From a virus (lineage: Duplodnaviria; Caudoviricetes), in the IMG/VR virus record IMGVR_UViG_3300033407_000965, positions 1-53,627 of that record: DNA of 53,627 bases. The stretch is one strand, 5' to 3'. The notes under the pieces are model-generated. The model was not told the DNA's origin. It saw nothing but the letters and a program-made list of their open reading frames with translations, and did no database searches. Position numbers and translations under genes: made by a program. Numbering within the stretch: the first letter of the stretch is position 1; each line of letters opens with the position of its first letter. Of the stretch, positions 44,606 through 53,481 are shown piece by piece.

Positions 44606-45954
44606 GCAGGACAGCGAAGAAACTCGCGGTCAACGGCGGTCCGCGAACGGTCTACGGCATGTTCCCCACGCCGTGGGGGCGGATCAGGAAAATGGGCCAG
44701 ATGACGGCCGACCTGGTTCGGATGTGGCCGCGTCTGGCACGTGGCAAGACGACCATCGGTGACGGGTCGAAGATCGTCAAGAGGTTCGAGGAGGCGTTCA
44801 AGGCGCTGACCGGGGCCGAGTATGCGTTGGCGATGAACAACGGGACGGCCACGTTGCACAGCGCGTACTTTAGCGTGGGCGTCGGGCCGGGCGACGAGGT
44901 CATCGTTCCGGCGTACACGTGGCACGCTTCCGCGACGCCGGTGTTGCAATGCGGCGCGACGCCGGTGTTCTGCGACATCGACCCGCGCACGTTGACGGCC
45001 GATCCGGAGGACATCGAGCGGCGGATCACGCCGCGTACGAAGGCGATCTGCGTCGTTCACGTGTGGGGCAATCCTGCGGAGATGGACCGCATCGCCGACA
45101 TCGCGCGGCGGCACAAGCTGGCGATCGTGGAAGACGCCTCGCATGCGCACGGCGCGGTATACAAGGGCAAGGCCGTCGGCATGTGGGGCGACGTGGGGTG
45201 CTTCAGCCTCAACGCCGGAAAGGCGGTGGACGGCGGGGAGGCGGGCGTGGCGATCACCAACGACCCGACGCTGTTCGACCGGATGCTGGTGTTCGGACAC
45301 TTCGGGCGGATCGCCCGCGGCCAGGCGAACGCGACGTTCGACATGGGCGACATGAGCCTGGGGCACAAGTTCCGGCCCCACCAGTTGGCGATGCAGCTTG
45401 CGTATTCGTCGCTGAAGCGCCTGCCAGGATTGAACGAACGGTGCACGCGGGCATGGGATACGCTTTGTCGAGAGATCGAGGGCGTGCCGGGTATCCGTGC
45501 CCCGCTGACGCTTCCCGGCGCGGTGCGCGGCGGGTTCCAGTCGTTCACGCTCGTTTACGAAGGCGCCTCGCACGGCGGGCTCAACACGGAACAGTTTGTT
45601 CGGGCGGTTCGCAAGGAAGGTGCGAAGCTCACCGTGGATCGGTACTCACAGGTCAACTTCACCTACGGTATGCTGCACAAGGCCCCCCTGTTCACGACAT
45701 TGCACCGCCCTGCCGTCGGCGGGCTATGCGGTGACCCGACCCGGCCCTGGGAGGAAATGGTCAACGACGTGACGCTCCCCGAGTGCGAGCGCCTTTGCCA
45801 GCAGTTGGTGAGCTTCCCGCGGCTGGACGGAGCGTCGACGAGATACGTCCGGGCCTGCGGGCGCGCGATCCGCAAGGTGCTCCTGGCAACCGTTCCGCAC
45901 GCCTCGGCCGAACGTTCCGCCATGGCACGTACGCCGGAACTCGCCCACGCCTAG
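44602..45954 (+). CDS. DegT/DnrJ/EryC1/StrS-family PLP aminotransferase
   Basis: NNGTATLH, GVGPGDEVIVP, VEDASHAHG, FSLNAGK (PLP lysine); ATGA coupling. Confidence 0.93.
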   Translation: MSRTAKKLAVNGGPRTVYGMFPTPWGRIRKMGQMTADLVRMWPRLARGKTTIGDGSKIVKRFEEAFKALTGAEYALAMNNGTATLHSAYFSVGVGPGDEVIVPAYTWHASATPVLQCGATPVFCDIDPRTLTADPEDIERRITPRTKAICVVHVWGNPAEMDRIADIARRHKLAIVEDASHAHGAVYKGKAVGMWGDVGCFSLNAGKAVDGGEAGVAITNDPTLFDRMLVFGHFGRIARGQANATFDMGDMSLGHKFRPHQLAMQLAYSSLKRLPGLNERCTRAWDTLCREIEGVPGIRAPLTLPGAVRGGFQSFTLVYEGASHGGLNTEQFVRAVRKEGAKLTVDRYSQVNFTYGMLHKAPLFTTLHRPAVGGLCGDPTRPWEEMVNDVTLPECERLCQQLVSFPRLDGASTRYVRACGRAIRKVLLATVPHASAERSAMARTPELAHA

Positions 45955-45978
45955 CCGTCTCGGGCATCGGGCGCCCGG

Positions 45979-46007
45979 GTGACGAAGCTTTCGGCGCGGC
46001 CTATACT
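45979..46007 (+). promoter_or_regulatory. Sigma70 promoter of the tRNA
   Basis: GTGACG-17 bp-TATACT, 10 bp upstream of the tRNA. Confidence 0.65.
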
Positions 46008-46017
46008 CCGGTCACGC

Positions 46018-46091
46018 GCGCCGGTAGCTCAGGTGGATAGAGCATCGGATTTCTAATCCGACGGTCGCAGGTTCGAGTCCTGCCCGGCGCA
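46018..46091 (+). tRNA. tRNA-Arg (anticodon TCT); CCA not encoded
   Basis: Cloverleaf: acceptor GCGCCGG/CCGGCGC, D arm GCTC/GAGC, anticodon arm TCGGA-TTTCTAA-TCCGA, T arm GCAGG-TTCGAGT-CCTGC. Confidence 0.96.
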
Positions 46092-46125
46092 TCGAAAAAA
46101 GCGGTTTTTCCTCGCCGTGACCGGC

Positions 46126-46158
46126 TTTGTCGTCTTTTTGTCGTCTTTTCGTCGTCAC
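46126..46158. repeat. Three tandem 11-bp repeats, candidate integrase arm-type sites
   Basis: TTTGTCGTCTT, TTTGTCGTCTT, TTCGTCGTCAC between tRNA and integrase stop. Confidence 0.65.
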
Positions 46159-47228
46159 CCGACCACCTCTCGGCATCGTTCCACGGCCGCCCGCAGGTCC
46201 GCCGCGTCCGCCCTGGCGTAGTGCTTCATCGTCGTTTCGAGGTTGGCGTGACCGGCCAGCCGCATAATCACCTTGGGCGACACGCCCGCGGCAATCCATG
46301 CGCTGATAGCGGTCCGCCGCAGGTCGTGGACGGTCAAGAGCCTGCACCCGGGCGCTTTGGTGTGCTTCAACTTGCCCTTGGGCGGTTTGCCGTCCGCCGT
46401 CGCGCGGATGCGCCGCCACTCCCGGTAGTAGTTCGGCCTCATCGACGCGAACGGCCCCGGATCCCGCATGGTCGCCATCCGCAGCTTCTCGATTGCGTTC
46501 ACCACGTGCTCGGTCAGCGGAATCTCGCGGGCGTCGTGGGTTTTGGTCTTGATGAACCGCAGGCGCGGCTCTTGCTTCTTGTCGAGATACACGCGGTCCC
46601 AGGTGAGGTTGAACAGCTCGGAACACCGCGAGCCGGTCGCCAATGACGTGATGATGAACGTCCGCCATTGCTGGCCGCACAGGGCCTCGGCATGGTGCAG
46701 TAGCGCCGCCTGTTGCTCCGGGGTCGCCGTCCGAATCACCGGCGCCTCGATCGGCTCCCAAGTCCAGCCGTCGTCGAAGGGCGTCCGCCCCGCGTACCCA
46801 CGACGTACCGCCATGCGGCAGGCCCGCTTGACGTACCTCACGTGCCGATTGATGGTCGCCGGTTTCAGGCCGTCCTTGCGAAGCTGCGCGACGTACCGCT
46901 CGACCATCGCGAACGTCACGTCTTTCGGCGAGCGCGGCCCGCATACCTCACCGAAACGGGTGAGTACCTGCCGGGCCGCCACGCGGTTCGCCTCACCCGC
47001 GATAGCGTCCACGTGGCCGTCAACGAATGCATGCCAGTCGATGCGCCGCACGTCGCGGAAGGTGCCGGCGTTCAGCTTTTCCTCCAGCAACGACGCCTCG
47101 CGTGCGGCCCGCTTGCGGTCGGTGCCGACGGCTCGATTGCGCCGTTTCCCGGTGGCGGGGTCATACCACCGCAAATGGTAGCTCGCCCTGCCGTTGTACG
47201 TCCGCCTGCAAACCGCAACGCCGCTCAT
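46155..47228 (-). CDS. int: Tyrosine recombinase / phage integrase
   Basis: Catalytic R (TGSRCSEL), K (IKTKT), HxxR (HDLRRT), H (GHAN), Y (KHY); N-terminal arm-binding region YHLRWYDP. Confidence 0.95.
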   Translation of the reverse strand: MSGVAVCRRTYNGRASYHLRWYDPATGKRRNRAVGTDRKRAAREASLLEEKLNAGTFRDVRRIDWHAFVDGHVDAIAGEANRVAARQVLTRFGEVCGPRSPKDVTFAMVERYVAQLRKDGLKPATINRHVRYVKRACRMAVRRGYAGRTPFDDGWTWEPIEAPVIRTATPEQQAALLHHAEALCGQQWRTFIITSLATGSRCSELFNLTWDRVYLDKKQEPRLRFIKTKTHDAREIPLTEHVVNAIEKLRMATMRDPGPFASMRPNYYREWRRIRATADGKPPKGKLKHTKAPGCRLLTVHDLRRTAISAWIAAGVSPKVIMRLAGHANLETTMKHYARADAADLRAAVERCREVVG

Positions 47229-47277
47229 GGCTTGGGCTCCGGTGGATTGGGTTGAACAGCGCGACACCATACCGCCA

Positions 47278-47499
47278 TCACTCTCCCGGCTGCAAACGCT
47301 CGACGAACTCGGCGACGGTCTGCGGCTTCCAATGTAACGATTTCCCGACCTTTACCGCGGGAAGTTCCCGAACCCGGTGCAGGTACTCGATGGATTTCTC
47401 GGACACGCCGAGCAATTCCGCCACTTCGGACTTGCCGAGCAGCAACCGGCCGAGTAGTTCGGCCGTCCGATCGCCGTTATGTCCCGGCGCGTCACTCAT
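47278..47499 (-). CDS. xis: Excisionase-type HTH protein
   Basis: KSEVAELLGVSEKSIEYL..RELPAVKVGK; directly upstream of integrase. Confidence 0.85.
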   Translation of the reverse strand: MSDAPGHNGDRTAELLGRLLLGKSEVAELLGVSEKSIEYLHRVRELPAVKVGKSLHWKPQTVAEFVERLQPGE

Positions 47500-47711
47500 C
47501 CTTCGTTGCCCTCATCGTCCGTATCCTCGTCGGCCTCCGTCCGCACGCCGCAGACGAAATGCGTGACCTGCGGGTCGTGCATGACGGTGCGCAAAAACTC
47601 GGCGCACAGTTGAAGCAAAAAAATCCGGCGCTCGTTGACCGACGCGCCTTGCCAGCAACGCCAGACCACGTTGTCGCTCGCGCCCGCCAGGTCGTTAGGC
47701 TCATCGATCAT
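47496..47711 (-). CDS. Hypothetical protein
   Basis: Coupled ORF in the replication operon. Confidence 0.5.
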   Translation of the reverse strand: MIDEPNDLAGASDNVVWRCWQGASVNERRIFLLQLCAEFLRTVMHDPQVTHFVCGVRTEADEDTDDEGNEG

Positions 47712-47889
47712 TTCGATTCGCTTTCCGCCATTTGTCCGCCTCGCTAAGCTCCAGGCAACGCCAGCCGTAGAGGCGCAGCATTCGTTTCAAGAGAATCTTC
47801 AGCCGGTACACCGGCGCGCGCCCCAAGCGGTCGGGGCCGCGCGGCTCGGGTTTAATGACGAGAATCAAGTTGTGTTGCGCGTCGGTCAT
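47701..47889 (-). CDS. Small hypothetical protein (…APVYRLKILLKRMLRLYGWRC)
   Basis: ATGA coupling to the helicase stop. Confidence 0.55.
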   Translation of the reverse strand: MTDAQHNLILVIKPEPRGPDRLGRAPVYRLKILLKRMLRLYGWRCLELSEADKWRKANRNDR

Positions 47890-49313
47890 CCGCACGCCTC
47901 GTCCAGGAGCCCGATACCGTGATACATAACCCGACGGGTTCGCGGATGCTTTTCGGGTAACGGTGCAAACCCGTGTTCAACCAGCGCCTCGCGGAATTCC
48001 CGCTTACTGGGCCGGTCTCGTTCGCCGGAACGCTCTGCCCACCTGGTGAACGTGTCCCACAGTTCCACGCCGTCAGCCCTGTGGGCGTCCCCGGTCAGGC
48101 AACACTCGCTAACGAACCCGGCCATAACATCGGAATCGTTGCGGTACGTCTCTGTCGCTGCAATCACCTCCGGCGGCTCGTTAAGACCGGATCGCCGCCA
48201 AGCCATCGTGCCTTCAACGATCCATCGAAGTATGCCAGCCCTCTCACGCCGCAGCTTCTCCGGCAGTTCCGTGTCCTGCTCGTGTGCGGGAATCTGAACG
48301 TTGAAGGGCCACAATCTAACCCGTCGCCATATTCCAGAGTCCGTGCCTCGGATACGGGGCCGGTGGTTCGTGGCGACAAAAAGCTTGTGCGTCGGCGCGA
48401 ACTCGAAAAAGTTCTGCCGCATGAATCTGGCCTTAACGTGGTCGCCGCCGGTCAGCCGCTTCACCATCTCCTCGTCAAGTCGGCTTCCCTGTCCGCTTTC
48501 GAGGCAGGCGACGAATCGTCTGCCGAATAGGTCTGCGAGTTCAGCCGGATGCGGTTCGTGCCGTCGCAGCATCAGCAGGCGCGGCGGGGCGACCATCGCA
48601 TAGTCACCGAGCGCGTCGAGTATCGCGCTGAGGAACGTGGACTTGCCGTTCGCACCGTTCCCCCAAAGTACGTGGAGGACGTGTTCGCGGATGTGTCCCG
48701 TGGCGGCGTACCCGACCGCGCGCTGGGCGAACAGTCGAAGTGATTCACTGGGCAGAACACGCTCCAGGAACCGGTCGAACGTCGGACACTTAGCGCCGAT
48801 GTCATACGCCACCGGACTCATCTTCGTGAGTAGGTCTTCACGGCAATGGGCGCGAAGCTGCGCCGTCCGTAAGTCGAGCACGCCGTTATCCAGGTTCAAC
48901 AGGTCGGGGCTCGTGTCCAGGTCGGAAGCGCGAACCGGAATCGGCGGTTCGCTCTCGGCCAGGCGGATCAGGTTCGTTATGTGGGCGGCCGTTTCACTTT
49001 TGAGGGCGAACGAGGCCAGCTTTCGGCGTTCGTCCGCGTCCTCGATCCGGGCCGCTTCGCGCAACACGTCCCGGATCGTCTTCTTGGCCCGGCGAAATAT
49101 CTCGCCGGTATCGTCCACTTGCCAGAGCTTTCCGCGCCAAATGAGCCAGCCTAAAGAGCTACAGAATCGCAAGTCCTTGCCGTGCTTGGCCACGAGGCGC
49201 TCGGCGAGCCCAAGCTCGGTCAGATGTTCCCCGGACCGCGGGTGTGCAGGTTCATCTACATCGAGCGGTTCGGCGCGGTAGTAGTCGGCGGAGTATTTAG
49301 GCGGCGCGCTCAA
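47886..49313 (-). CDS. P4/poxvirus-D5-family SF3 helicase (primase-associated), no primase domain recognised
   Basis: D5_N-type LLNLDNGVLDL, Walker A GNGANGKST, VKRLTGGD.VKARFM, ATNHRP, GIWRRVRLWPF. Confidence 0.92.
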   Translation of the reverse strand: MSAPPKYSADYYRAEPLDVDEPAHPRSGEHLTELGLAERLVAKHGKDLRFCSSLGWLIWRGKLWQVDDTGEIFRRAKKTIRDVLREAARIEDADERRKLASFALKSETAAHITNLIRLAESEPPIPVRASDLDTSPDLLNLDNGVLDLRTAQLRAHCREDLLTKMSPVAYDIGAKCPTFDRFLERVLPSESLRLFAQRAVGYAATGHIREHVLHVLWGNGANGKSTFLSAILDALGDYAMVAPPRLLMLRRHEPHPAELADLFGRRFVACLESGQGSRLDEEMVKRLTGGDHVKARFMRQNFFEFAPTHKLFVATNHRPRIRGTDSGIWRRVRLWPFNVQIPAHEQDTELPEKLRRERAGILRWIVEGTMAWRRSGLNEPPEVIAATETYRNDSDVMAGFVSECCLTGDAHRADGVELWDTFTRWAERSGERDRPSKREFREALVEHGFAPLPEKHPRTRRVMYHGIGLLDEACG

Positions 49314-49785
49314 CTCGTTGCCTCCGGGCCATCGGCAAGTGGCGAACCCACCAGTTCCGCAGAATCCGTCCCGCTTTCAGTCCATGCAGATGCGCCGCCC
49401 TACGCTCGCGGGCGTTTCTCTTGACGGTTGCCGCCAACTCCCACACCGAACCCTCGCGGCACTGGTCGGGTTGCCGATAGATGTCGTCGAGCAGCTCGTT
49501 CAGCTCGTCGAACGTAATCGGCTCGCCGACCATGCGGGAGACCTCCACGCAATCGGCCTTGCTCGGGAGCACGTTCTCGACGGCACAGGTGCAGGCGAAC
49601 CAGAACACGAATCGATGGGCGAGACTCCCGAAGTCGCGCTCGCAGAGCCCGGCGTCGTGGGCCGCGTTGTTGCCGCCGATCGGGTCGAGCCAGAGCGCGG
49701 CCAAGAACAAACGCTCTGCGGCAAGATGGGCGTGCCCCACCTCGCGCGTTAAGTCATTTAACTGGGCTTCTTCGTTTCGGGGCAC
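49297..49785 (-). CDS. Stand-alone DnaB N-terminal-domain-like protein
   Basis: HLAAERLFLAALWLDP, LCERDFGSLAHRFVF and ELAATVKRNARERR parallel the DnaB-N pattern (EAEQAVLGALLLD / EDFY..AHRLIF / YARIVREKALLR). Confidence 0.65.
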   Translation of the reverse strand: MPRNEEAQLNDLTREVGHAHLAAERLFLAALWLDPIGGNNAAHDAGLCERDFGSLAHRFVFWFACTCAVENVLPSKADCVEVSRMVGEPITFDELNELLDDIYRQPDQCREGSVWELAATVKRNARERRAAHLHGLKAGRILRNWWVRHLPMARRQRVERAA

Positions 49786-50335
49786 TCGTTTTTTCCGCTT
49801 TCAGGCGGGCCAGATTCTGTGCCGTGATGTGCAAATCGTCGTCCGTGGTCAGCGGGCTTCGTCTAACGAGCAATTCTCCTGATGCAAGGCGCTTGTCGAG
49901 CCGACGGCCCTTGCAACACGCCAGGGTGCAGTCGGGGTTGTGGGCGGGATCGGGGTGTTGCCAGATCCCCCGCGGCGCGTCCCTGCTTGCCGCCTGACCC
50001 TGATCCGCGTTGGACGTGAGTCGAGCATGGACCGCGCGATACGCCGCTGGGTCGATGCCCTCGCCCGGCCCGTACTCGACTGTTACCGAAACCTCGAACC
50101 GCACACCGTGGCCTAAAAGGTACGCGAACAGCTTGTCCAAGCCGATCGTGCGCTCGCCACCGAGAAACTGGCATACGGTAGGCTGGGAAACGCCTAGCTC
50201 GCGGGCGAGCGCGCTCTGGTTGATGGCGTACGGGGGACCGTTCGGTTCGATGCCGTCGTCGATGAGCGCCCTTTTCGGCGCGTAGTGCTCGACGAGGGCA
50301 TGGATTCGCGTGTAGAGGCCGTCGGGAATCTTCAT
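49754..50335 (-). CDS. XRE/Cro-family HTH regulator
   Basis: INQSALARELGVSQPTVCQFLGGERTIGLDKL. Confidence 0.75.
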   Translation of the reverse strand: MKIPDGLYTRIHALVEHYAPKRALIDDGIEPNGPPYAINQSALARELGVSQPTVCQFLGGERTIGLDKLFAYLLGHGVRFEVSVTVEYGPGEGIDPAAYRAVHARLTSNADQGQAASRDAPRGIWQHPDPAHNPDCTLACCKGRRLDKRLASGELLVRRSPLTTDDDLHITAQNLARLKAEKTSAPKRRSPVK

Positions 50336-50343
50336 GGCGTCTA

Positions 50344-50372
50344 ACTATAGGGGTGCCACTATACCCTGTCAA
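50344..50372 (-). promoter_or_regulatory. Near-consensus sigma70 promoter for the replication operon, almost leaderless
   Basis: TTGACA (50372-50367)-17 bp-TATAGT (50349-50344); ATG at 50335. Confidence 0.8.
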
Positions 50373-50454
50373 GCCCCTAATCCAAAAAATCTTCTGTGAA
50401 TTGCGTTCGTGGAACAGTCGGCTGTTGCCGGGGCGAGTCCGGCCCCCGGGGAAG

Positions 50455-50669
50455 CACCCGGCCGGGGCAGCAACCTGAGCCGGCGGCTTGCCTGACTCGA
50501 TCTCGGCCAGAATCTTCGGCCGCTCCGAAGGCGGCACCTTGCGCGGCGCGCCACGGGAAATAATGGTACTCGTACCAATGCTTCCTCGATTGAACCAAGC
50601 TGAGACACATTCTCGGCTCACCCCCAGCGCCTCCCCGACCCTCGCCTGGGTCCACCCTTGGACCTTCAT
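50455..50669 (-). pseudogene. HTH-containing gene fragment
   Basis: MKVQGWTQARVGEALGVSRECVSAWF...RKVPPSERPKILAEIESGKPPAQVAA, after which the reading degenerates across the downstream promoter. Confidence 0.45.
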
Positions 50670-50682
50670 CTCGGCCGCGAGG

Positions 50683-50785
50683 TGCGAAGGTGCGAAGCTT
50701 TGCGAAGCCTTTTCCGGTTAACCCTAAGAGTTTTGCCTCGCGAGCGCAATACGGAAGAACCTTCGCATACCTTCGCAGCTTCGCA
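50683..50785. repeat. Mirror-symmetric iteron array, candidate replication origin
   Basis: TGCGAAG at 50683, 50691, 50701 and its reverse complement CTTCGCA at 50761, 50771, 50779. Confidence 0.8.
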
Positions 50786-51314
50786 GGTAAAGGTGGGGCG
50801 GGAGGCGTCGCAGCCGCCCAGCCCAAGCCCGCCGGCCCCGATCGCTGTCGTAGTCCCTCGACGGTTGTAGCAGTCCGCCTCAAACGCGCGAACGGGCCCA
50901 GAGCCCCGGCACGCCACGTCCGATTGACAATCGGGTGGCACAACCGGCCCTGGAAGCCCTCGGACGACGATCCGGCCGTATTGCCATCCAGGCGGCCCGC
51001 CAGCCTAGCGCCACGGGCCGATCGGCCGTTTGGTGGGGTGCCGTAGGGGTCCGGGCCGTCACAGGCCGTTTATGGGCTTCCTACGGCCGTTCAGGCAAGG
51101 TCCGATATTGACCACTTTGTTGCGTTGCGCTAGGGGATTTGTTAGGGTCGCCGACCGCCTGCCCTTGAAACCGAGCCGGAAACGCCACTTTTATCGGGAC
51201 GCACTTTGTGAAACCGGCCGCGTGTTAGGGTCACCGCGGACGGCCACCGGATTCGGCCCTGGAACCCCGCCCCGGCCCCGCAAACGCGGTTTCGGGCTGC
51301 CTAACAGGTACCGA

Positions 51315-51662
51315 CTACTTGACCGGCAGCGGGACGCTAAACACCCGCACTTCCAGCGCCTCGGCCTCGGTCATCGTCGGCCGTGGACGGGGGGGCGGCC
51401 CGGCTGTCGCCGCGGGCGTCGCCGACTTCGGCATCCGACGCGCCCGCACCGCGGCTTGGACCGCCTCGCGCTCCTCGGCGGAAAGCGGCCGCATCGGCGG
51501 ATCGGAAGCGGTCAAGAATGCGTTTATCGTCGCCACCGGGTTCCCCGGACGGTCGAGCATGTCGCCGGTCAGCTCGGTGATGAGCTTCGTTCGCTTCGCG
51601 TCGGCCGCGTCGCCCACGGCAGCCGCCGCGGATCGGATCGCATTCACAATGTCATTTGCCAT
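51315..51662 (-). CDS. Hypothetical protein
   Basis: AAGGTG RBS-like sequence, ATG 51662, helical protein. Confidence 0.6.
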   Translation of the reverse strand: MANDIVNAIRSAAAAVGDAADAKRTKLITELTGDMLDRPGNPVATINAFLTASDPPMRPLSAEEREAVQAAVRARRMPKSATPAATAGPPPRPRPTMTEAEALEVRVFSVPLPVK

Positions 51663-51757
51663 GAGTCACCTTTGGAAAGAAAAACCCGGCCCCGGTCGGA
51701 CACCAAGGCCGGGTCAAGGAGCGGTCGCCCAGGACAAGGCGACCAATGGATTCAACA

Positions 51758-52312
51758 TCATAGCACACCAAACAACGCCCGCCGCGCGTTCCGTGATTGC
51801 CCCAGGGTCCGCATGTCCGACGACCATTCAATCGTGCCGACTTCAAGCGCCGCCCCATCGTCGGCGTCCAGCTCGCCGGCGTAGCCGAGCAAGCCGCCGG
51901 CCAGCTTCGCGTCACACTCCCGCACGATCCGCACACAGGTTTCGCGTGCGGCCGAATGTGCCGGGGACGCGCTGCCGCGCGCGTACGTTTCCCGGCGAAG
52001 TACGAGTGTCTGCCTGGCCAAGTCAGTCTTGCGCTCTTCGTCGGTGTCCCCAGGCGCCGGCCATTCGGTCAACGGCTCGTAGCGCGACAACAGGTCGAGC
52101 CACCGGTGGGCGGTCAATCGCCGTTCGACATACTCCGGCTGCCGGGTCGTTTTCATCCGGGCCAGCCGATCCGCCGCGGTCCAGTCCCGCCACGGGAACG
52201 TCCCTTCAAGCCGGGCAAGGTCCGCCTCGAATCTCCGGGCCACAGCATCGAGCAGCGCAACTTCTGGCGGCTTCGGCCGGCGCTTCGTCGTGGTCCGGTG
52301 CCGTCTACCCAT
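51758..52312 (-). CDS. Hypothetical helical protein
   Basis: AAGGA RBS; overlaps the upstream stop. Confidence 0.6.
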   Translation of the reverse strand: MGRRHRTTTKRRPKPPEVALLDAVARRFEADLARLEGTFPWRDWTAADRLARMKTTRQPEYVERRLTAHRWLDLLSRYEPLTEWPAPGDTDEERKTDLARQTLVLRRETYARGSASPAHSAARETCVRIVRECDAKLAGGLLGYAGELDADDGAALEVGTIEWSSDMRTLGQSRNARRALFGVL

Positions 52313-52844
52313 TTTCCTTCACCGCCAGCGGTGCGCTTTTCTTGAGGCCCTCGACGTAGGCGATCGCCTCGCACAAATGCTCATCGATCGGCCGCCGCGT
52401 GAAGCCGTCGTCCGTGAGCAAGTCGTCGATGTCGAGCCGCAGGTCGGCAAACTCAGCCTGCCCCACAGCACAAACCTCTTCCATCGCCTCGTCGGTTTCG
52501 GCTTCACAGAATCGATGCCACGCCTTCCGAATCACGGCGACCGTCTGCTCACCGCTTCTCACGCAGGCCGACGCCTTGGGGACGACGACGTATCGCTCGC
52601 CGACTTTCTCGTTGCACACCACGAGCCGGGTCGGCGCGCCGTCGCGTTCGCTTTCGATGATGAGTCGGTCGAGCCCCACGGCCCGGGCCTTGTCGCAATC
52701 GATCTTGTCGGCTTCGAGCTTGACGTGCCGCGAGATCGTGTCGTGAGCGTAGGCCGCCGCCTCGGGTCTCCAGGGCCGACGACGCTTGAAGCCTTGTGCA
52801 TTCTCTTCCCAAAACCAGGGGGTCCACTTTCGGATCGGGTACAT
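52305..52844 (-). CDS. Hypothetical protein
   Basis: GGAG RBS; operon position. Confidence 0.6.
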   Translation of the reverse strand: MYPIRKWTPWFWEENAQGFKRRRPWRPEAAAYAHDTISRHVKLEADKIDCDKARAVGLDRLIIESERDGAPTRLVVCNEKVGERYVVVPKASACVRSGEQTVAVIRKAWHRFCEAETDEAMEEVCAVGQAEFADLRLDIDDLLTDDGFTRRPIDEHLCEAIAYVEGLKKSAPLAVKENG

Positions 52845-52847
52845 GAG

Positions 52848-53273
52848 TTACTCCACTTTATGGTTGTCGGTCCGGTCACTCGTTAAGGCACTTTCACGTT
52901 TGGCCTCGGCGATCAGCACTTGCCGTTTCGCTTCGAGCATCGCCAACATTTCCGGTTGCGAGCCGGGCCGCGGTTCGCTGAAACGCTCAAAGTGGGCACG
53001 GTCGATCAGTTCCGGGTCGCCGAGCCGTTGCAGGACGCTGACGAATACCGAGAACAGCCCGTCGCGCGAGGCTTCCGCCGGCGGGGGCAGTTCCCGCGGC
53101 GCGGGCCACCACCGGTCGAACAACAGTTGAATGGCGTATCGCTTGCCGCTCAGGGCGTCGGCAATTCCCTTGCGCAGGACCGCCTCTTTGACGGTCATCT
53201 TGCAACCGGTCGGCGAGTCCTTGTTTTCGAGCAGCTCAGCGCCGATTCGTTCTAGCTCATTCGAGCAGGTCAC
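52848..53273 (-). CDS. DUF5681-like / small-terminase-like protein; start uncertain
   Basis: KMTVKEAVLRKGIADALSGKRYAIQLLFDR helical motif. Confidence 0.5.
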   Translation of the reverse strand: MTCSNELERIGAELLENKDSPTGCKMTVKEAVLRKGIADALSGKRYAIQLLFDRWWPAPRELPPPAEASRDGLFSVFVSVLQRLGDPELIDRAHFERFSEPRPGSQPEMLAMLEAKRQVLIAEAKRESALTSDRTDNHKVE

Positions 53274-53481
53274 GCGCGCTCATCCTTTTAACACACTGGT
53301 ACGGGACACCCACGGCTAGCTGAAACCGTTCGTTGAAGCGCCGCAGGTTGCCAACCCACAACTCGCGTGTGCTGAACCGTTGGCCGCATTGCAGGCACTT
53401 CCGCCGCCGCCATCGCCAGCGGAGGCGGTCCACGCTTTCGACCACGCGGTTCAACCGGCTGTCACACTTGGGGCAGTTCAT
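53257..53481 (-). CDS. Zn-ribbon regulator (Ogr/Delta-like or NrdR-N-like)
   Basis: MNCPKCDS...RVVES....RRRKCLQCGQRFSTRE without an ATP-cone domain. Confidence 0.75.
   Translation of the reverse strand: MNCPKCDSRLNRVVESVDRLRWRWRRRKCLQCGQRFSTRELWVGNLRRFNERFQLAVGVPYQCVKRMSARDLLE

Noticed and set aside
53257-53481. Host nrdR gene
   Set aside because: Only the Zn ribbon is present, with no ATP cone, and it lies inside a mobile element
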